Origin: Lymnaea stagnalis
Lineage: Eukaryota
Length of the DNA: 15,777 nucleotides
Direction of reading: 5' to 3'
Assembly: GCA_964033795.1 (NCBI GenBank)
Contig: CAXITT010000154.1
Coordinates: 266,154 to 281,930, forward strand
Part shown: positions 10,514-15,777 of the stretch, in pieces
Position numbering within the stretch: the stretch's first letter is position 1
Layout: every line of letters starts with the position of its first letter
Notes under the pieces: generated by a model
Databases searched by the model: none
The model's input: the letters and a program-made list of their open reading frames with translations, nothing else
Told to the model about the DNA's origin: nothing
Position numbers and translations under genes: made by a program

Positions 10514-10633
10514 GTTTTACACCTGTTATTTTCACCCATTTTACACCTGTTATGTTCGCTCATTTTACACCTGTTATCTTCTCTCATTTTACACCTGTTA
10601 TCGTCATTTATTTTACACCTGTTATCTTCACTC
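10514..10633 (-). repeat. 24-bp tandem repeat x5 in the 3' UTR of the vault gene (plus-strand unit ttttacacctgttatNttcNctca). On the mRNA strand each unit reads ...AUAACAGGUGUAAAA...
   Basis: Units start at 10514, 10538, 10562, 10586 and 10610. The core ttttacacctgttat is invariant and the 3' nine bases are variable. Track ORF 10486-10728 (FTPVIF periodic) is a translation artefact. Confidence 0.88.
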
Positions 10634-10782
10634 CGTTTCTATTAATTAATTTAAACATAAATATACTGATACACATATATTTTCTTACAAGCATCTCTTT
10701 TAAAACTCTTAATCTTTCATCCTTCTAAAAAAATTGCAATTCAGCCCTGACATCTGCTGCGTTCTTCTTCTCAGCTGCAAAA

Positions 10783-13395
10783 CTAAGCAAAGGAATCTGA
10801 TTCCTCCTCTTCTTCTTTCTTCTCTCGTCGCCTTCGTTTCGACGGCACCAGGTCCCCGATCAACCCGCTGGCAGTGTTGAACAGATTCACAGGGGTGGTC
10901 CCGTCAGTAATGAGCGTGGACTTGAGACCGAGCGCCTGCAGCATCCTCACCTGCATGTCCGGCCCGGCCGTCGCCATGGCGAGCAGGGTGCCACTGCCGA
11001 TCGACTCGACCATCTGACGAAACTTGTTGACCTCTATGGTGGTCAGCTCCGTGGTCTTCTCGATCTCCATGATGTTCTGCTCCTTCAGGTACGCCAGCTC
11101 GGCGGTTCTGGCTTGCGTCAGGCGTTGAAGATCCGATTCGGCCTCTATCGTCTGAGCCTCGGCTTTGAGTTTAGCCTGCTGGACTGCAGCCTCGCCCTCG
11201 ATCCTGGCCGCCTCAGCGCGGCTCTGTGCTTCGGCTTTGGCCTGTCCGGTGCTTTCGACCGCGGCGCTGTTCGCCTGAAGCTCCAGGAGCTCTCTCCGGG
11301 ACTTCTCGGCCTCTGCCTCGTCCATGATTTTCTGGCGTTCGAGTCTTCCTTTAGCCTCCTGCTCGAGGCGCTCGGCCTCGTGCCTTGCAGTGGCTTCTTG
11401 GGAATTCGTTGTTATCTCAATGGCGAGTTGCACAGATTTTTGAAGAGAGTCTCTCGTGCGCTGGTCAACGGGCTCTACTGATTGGATGTCGACATTCGTT
11501 ATGACCAGGTTGTTTTGTGAGAAGGTCAGATGAGATCCGACTTTTCCATCTTTGAAGCCGAAAACGGATGACCTGATGATTTTGGCAGAGTTCTTGTGAA
11601 AATCGTCAAACGTTACCTGGGCGACAGCGCCGCGAACTCTAGAGGCGATGGCTTTGCACGAATCACCGACAAAGTCCGGCACGCTGAACAGTTTGGCCGA
11701 TTCCTCGGGGGTTTTGCCGGTAACTTCAAAGTACCAGTTGTACGCCAGCTGCAAGGACAGCCTGGCATGGTCGGCAGTCTCCACGGTGATGATATCTGTA
11801 GCGAAGTCCGGACCGAGAAGCAGACACAGCGCTTTAATGGCGTGGTTTTTCTTCGGTTTACCACCCGAGAGGCTGAGAACCGTGAACTGTTCGTCCGGAC
11901 CGAGCATGACCAGTTCAGGTCCGAAGACGACCCGGGACTTTTTGTCTTTATAATCGTAAATCTGGACTGCTGCGTTGTGGGGCACCCTGAAGGTTACGAC
12001 GCGAGTCTTGTCCCGAGTTTTAGACTTTGAATCTTGACCCTTGGTGGCGTATCTCTCTGACTTGGGATCCCTTTCACTGATGATCAGCTCCTCCACCGTT
12101 TCGGGCAGCTCCTTCTCCCAGAGCTCTTCGTCTTCTTTGATCATGTAGGTCGCTCCGGTAATGGCCCTGACCTTCCCGGTCTTGATGTCCCTGACGTAGA
12201 TGCCCTCGTTGAGGTCCAGAGGAATGGCTTTTCGTTTCATGACCACCTCTATTTCTACAGGGGGCACGTACTCCAGCGGCCCCCTTATCATCCACCTGTC
12301 TCCCGGGCTTCGCTGTGAGACCCCGTCCTTGAACTGTTCGATGGCTCTAAGCACGAGTCCTTCGTCCTCGCCGAGGATGTAGATGTTTTGAATCCCTTTT
12401 TCCAATTTCTCCCCGGGCAAAAGAAAAAACGATTTTTCCCCTCTGACCAGCTTCTTCTGTCCCAGCTGCGGCTTTCCATCAGCTCCGACGGGATCGAGGA
12501 TGACCGCGTACTGCCTGTTGGTCAGCGTCGTTATGTTGACCACGCCAACGACCTCTTCGTAAACACCAGGGATGTGTGCCTCCGAGTCATCCATTGTAAT
12601 CAGCCATTCCTCCCCGTTCTTACGCTCGACCCCGAAATCATCTTTGAACGACTTCAACGCTCTGACGTGCAAGGCCTTTGTCTCGGTCAACACGTAAGCC
12701 TTCACGATGTCCACAACCTCTTCGAACACCCCTGGAAGATACGCCCCTGTCTGCTTGACCAGCCATTCCTCGCCGGTCACGCGCAGGTTCCCATCCCTGT
12801 CCTCGAACTCTTTCGTGGCTCTGAGCTTTATGGCCTGGTTGGGGCCGATGACGGTGGCCCTGACCGTCTCCTTCACGACCGTCTCCTTCTTCGGAATGTA
12901 GGTGCCGGGACCCTCAAACAACCAGACATCGCCGGCGGCCCTGTCCACGTCACCGTCTTTGAAATCCAGGACGGCCAGGATCTTCAGAGCTGAATTCGAC
13001 TGGACTACCGTGAGAGCGGTGACCGGGTGCCTCAGAATCTCCCCAGGGTACAGCGGGAACGGGTCCTGTGCCAGTCGGATCTCCAGCTCGGCGTGCTTGA
13101 GCTTTATCTGGCCGAGTCTGTCGACCACGACGTTGCCGTCCTTGTCCCGGCACACCGGGTTTTCAATGGTGCAGTAGTGTCTCGGGGGGACGATTATCAT
13201 CTTCTCGGGGCCCAGCGTGACGCGCTGGTTATCCTGGCGGACGAACGTCTGCGGGCCGAGCTCGATCCGCGTGACGTTGCTGTTCTGGTCCATCACGTGG
13301 ATGTAATAATAGGGCGGAATCCGGTAGATGGGGTTGTCGGCCTTGTCCCATCGGGAATGGGGATCATCGGAACGGGTTTTTCTTGGGTCAGCCAT
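10783..13395 (-). CDS. MVP: Major vault protein (MVP), 870 aa, apparently a single uninterrupted exon.
   Basis: ATG at 13395-13393 (minus) and TAG at 10785-10783. Periodic ~55-aa repeats seen in the translation ([62 protein letters not shown]) match MVP repeat domains. The conserved blocks [10 protein letters not shown](M)[40 protein letters not shown] and FSVPDFVGD(S)[23 protein letters not shown] are recognised from memory of metazoan MVP. The C-terminal ~150 aa Ala/Glu/Gln/Arg-rich region matches the cap-helix coiled-coil, then MQV(R)[17 protein letters not shown] is about 55-60% versus about 30% in the flanks, and CpG-containing codons (ACG, CCG, TCG, GCG, CGC) are abundant. Not verified by database search. 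Confidence 0.93.
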   Translation of the reverse strand: MADPRKTRSDDPHSRWDKADNPIYRIPPYYYIHVMDQNSNVTRIELGPQTFVRQDNQRVTLGPEKMIIVPPRHYCTIENPVCRDKDGNVVVDRLGQIKLKHAELEIRLAQDPFPLYPGEILRHPVTALTVVQSNSALKILAVLDFKDGDVDRAAGDVWLFEGPGTYIPKKETVVKETVRATVIGPNQAIKLRATKEFEDRDGNLRVTGEEWLVKQTGAYLPGVFEEVVDIVKAYVLTETKALHVRALKSFKDDFGVERKNGEEWLITMDDSEAHIPGVYEEVVGVVNITTLTNRQYAVILDPVGADGKPQLGQKKLVRGEKSFFLLPGEKLEKGIQNIYILGEDEGLVLRAIEQFKDGVSQRSPGDRWMIRGPLEYVPPVEIEVVMKRKAIPLDLNEGIYVRDIKTGKVRAITGATYMIKEDEELWEKELPETVEELIISERDPKSERYATKGQDSKSKTRDKTRVVTFRVPHNAAVQIYDYKDKKSRVVFGPELVMLGPDEQFTVLSLSGGKPKKNHAIKALCLLLGPDFATDIITVETADHARLSLQLAYNWYFEVTGKTPEESAKLFSVPDFVGDSCKAIASRVRGAVAQVTFDDFHKNSAKIIRSSVFGFKDGKVGSHLTFSQNNLVITNVDIQSVEPVDQRTRDSLQKSVQLAIEITTNSQEATARHEAERLEQEAKGRLERQKIMDEAEAEKSRRELLELQANSAAVESTGQAKAEAQSRAEAARIEGEAAVQQAKLKAEAQTIEAESDLQRLTQARTAELAYLKEQNIMEIEKTTELTTIEVNKFRQMVESIGSGTLLAMATAGPDMQVRMLQALGLKSTLITDGTTPVNLFNTASGLIGDLVPSKRRRREKKEEEEESDSFA

Positions 13396-13451
13396 TTTTT
13401 TTTTTCGTTGGTTAAATATAATGGCTTGCCTGGGTTTAAACTGATTGGTTC
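13396..13451 (-). promoter_or_regulatory. Putative core promoter / 5' leader of the vault gene. It has an A11 tract immediately 5' of the ATG (minus strand), a TATA-like TATATTTAA (plus 13412-13420) and a CCAAT box (plus ctgattggttc, 13441-13451).
   Basis: Motifs read on the minus strand: gaaCCAATcag ... ccaTTATATTTAAccaacg A(11) ATG. The spacing is atypical: the TATA-like element is only about 17 bp from the ATG. This assignment is tentative. Confidence 0.35.
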
Positions 13452-14304
13452 TTTGCTAGCAACACGGGGGTTAGCTCATGAACTCCTGTTTGCAAACGTG
13501 AGACGAGTTCTGAGGAAGAAAATAAAAGGGAAATTAAAACCAAAGACGCATTGTATAAAAAAAAAAAAAGAGGTTCTGGGATTTCGTTGTGGCCGCCTGT
13601 GTACGTTTCATCGTAATATAATTACCCCATCTTCATTTATATCGTTGATGCAGGCATCGCTGCACTTATTTAACAAAAATCAGACGTGTACACTCGTGCA
13701 ATGGTGACATTGTCCTCCTTACGTTTTCATGTTCTTCCCGCCTCGTGACAGATGAACCAAGTGATATCTAAACTGCAATCTAATCTAACATTTGAAATAG
13801 CGCGAAGCAACGCCTTTGCCTATTCCTATTGCCATACACTTTGAACTTGATGAGAGCGTGGCGAAAACACTAAAATTATATTTACGAACGAAAACAATAG
13901 TTAAATCACAAACAACAACACGGAAACAGTTTGGCCTTGTTCGGTTGTCGGAACAAAATACATCGAAGTTGCTGTTTGAATAACGATAGTATTGCAGTTC
14001 AAGTTCCTTCATGTTGCTTGAGTCCAGATGAGCAGACAGATATCTTACATCAGGCGAGGTCAGGGCCGTTCAAGTGTCCAATCGCGTCTGATCTTAATCC
14101 CAGACAAAATATCAGTGCACAAAAATTATTTTTTAAAAAAAATGTTGAGATCGAGATGGCCGCCTATTTTAATGACGTCGGATGTCTGATCAGTATTGAC
14201 CTGAGAGTACTCGGAGAATCATTAAATTCCACAAAGCATTAAGACAGGAGTAATTTTTAAAAAGCCTTTAGAAAAAAAATCTTTAATAAAACATTTAGTT
14301 TTTT

Positions 14305-14445
14305 TATGTTTCTTTTCACACCAATATTCATTGATTCCCTTTTACATCCATATTTATTACTTCCTCTTCACATCCATTTTAATTATTTACATTTTTACAC
14401 CAATACTTATCTCTTCCTTTTTTACACCCATATTTATTACTTCCT
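14305..14445. repeat. Degenerate ~27-bp tandem repeat, about 5 copies (tt(t)acatccatatttattacttcct / tttacaccaatacttatctcttcct).
   Basis: Recurring tt.aca[ct]c[ca]at...tt..tt.cttcct blocks at about 27-bp spacing. Confidence 0.6.
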
Positions 14446-15777
14446 GCAAAAATTTAAGTTTTAAAAATGTTATTGTGTAGAAATCAATTTAATTCTATTT
14501 AAATACACACAGGATTTTAGCATATTCACTTAATTTTATGTAATCACTAAAACGAATATAGTTTGTACACTAATGTTACTTGGTTAATATCACTACAAAA
14601 TATATTAAATTAAAAAGTGCTTGAAATCAGGTCGTCCATGTTGTTACGTTCACGAAAGAAAAAAAAAATATTTTCAGAGAGAAAAGCGCAAAATGGGTTG
14701 GTGAATGTCATTTCCGCGGCGTTCATTATCATTTGTGGTTGTCATGGTTTGGCTAAGTAAACTTGGATCGGATGATGTCACCGTGAAGAAATTATTCAGA
14801 TTAAAAGTACACATTTTATTTTTAAAACTGTATTATCTGGTCTGTTTTAATTAACCCTAATTAACTTACTGGAATCGAGTTTACAAACGACAAACTTGAT
14901 TTTTTGAACCAACCCAACGTGGTATAAGTAGGCGGCAGCCACGGGCAAGCTACTCTGTTTACAAAAAAAAAAAAAATGGACGTACCCATAACTCGCCCAT
15001 TGTAAATGTCTGTCAATTATGGGAGGTGGGACAACAGAGGAGAAGAAAAAAAAAATTGAAAGAAAAATGACGTCATTGAGCATAAGATGAGCCTCACTTT
15101 TTTTTTATAGAAGCCTTGAAGTGGCGGCTATTTTTAGACGTAACGGAAATGACAACTTTTTCTCGGTAGCTCTTTCTTTTCAATGCCCGAGAACAGGTTT
15201 TCTTTTAGTGTGCTTTGTTTGAGCTCTTACAGAAAAAACAAAAATATTTTACGCGACAGAGCAACAGACGGCTTTAATGGTTGACGTCCATCAATCCTGG
15301 AACTTATTATTTGTCTTAAAACGATTACTGATATTGTCATCAGTGTTCAAGCCGCGGTATCGATATTATGGTTTACCATCACTTCACTTAGGTGTGGTTT
15401 TGTTTTTTTGACACAGTGGCGCAAGGTTTTTCTTTTTTTTTTTCCATTTTTTTTTCTTCTTTTTATTCTTCTTTTTTTTAGCTTGAAACTTTTTTTGGAA
15501 TATCTATTTCTGATAATATTTATATAACGATTTTTTTCCCCTTTGTCTTCACCGCCCACCCCCTCTCCCCCCCCCCGACCATTCCGTATTTTTCCAAGGG
15601 AAAGATCACTCTAAACCAGTTTAGCTTTAGAGTTACGTCACTGACTCCAGAGTTTAGGGCCCCATTAGTGACACAAACTGTTGAGAGCTCTTTTAAGGCT
15701 GCAAACTGACCAACCCCGGCCCAATATAATCTCTTACATCGGCCACTTCCAACAGCTACGCGCTGTCCCCCCCCCCC

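Noticed and set aside
11113-13707. Long plus-strand ORFs antisense to the vault gene (11113-11481, 11596-12030, 12388-12993 at 201 aa, 13027-13707 at 226 aa)
   Set aside because: Stop-poor antisense frames are expected opposite a GC-rich coding sequence. Their translations are low-complexity (Ser/Pro/Leu/Arg-rich) with no recognisable domain, and they overlap a well-supported gene.
14861-14876. Telomere-like ttaaccctaattaac
   Set aside because: It is a single AACCCTAA unit with no tandem repetition, which is expected by chance in AT-rich DNA.

Overview
The window is eukaryotic nuclear DNA. It is AT-rich (about 30% GC outside the gene), has very low coding density and is packed with minisatellite arrays and long homopolymer tracts. 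It shows no prokaryotic operon structure.

Only one gene is confidently identifiable. It is an uninterrupted 870-codon ORF on the minus strand (10783..13395) that I recognise as major vault protein (MVP), the shell protein of the vault ribonucleoprotein. It has the N-terminal periodic ~55-aa repeats with the G-[ED]-x-W-[LM]-[IVF] motif, the conserved blocks [28 protein letters not shown] and [10 protein letters not shown], and a C-terminal Ala/Glu/Gln-rich coiled-coil (cap-helix). The gene is strikingly GC- and CpG-rich (about 55-60% GC) against its AT-rich surroundings and appears intronless. It is preceded by an A-tract, a TATA-like element and a CCAAT box. It is followed by a 3' UTR carrying a 5x 24-bp tandem repeat and an AATAAA signal.

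The rest of the window consists of at least seven distinct tandem-repeat arrays with unit lengths of 35, 23, 29, 19, 27, 14 and 24 bp. The largest is a ~75-copy 23-bp array with higher-order structure. There are also unusual T(n)G(n) composite homopolymers, very long poly-T blocks containing a ~202-bp tandem duplication, and a two-unit repeat variant carrying palindromic GTCACGTGAC E-boxes.

I see no CRISPR arrays, rRNA or tRNA genes, or defence-island-like systems. Most ORFs in the supplied track are translation artefacts of repeats or antisense frames of the GC-rich gene. The organism cannot be determined from the sequence alone. An invertebrate metazoan or a protist is plausible, because vaults are absent from insects, nematodes, fungi and plants.
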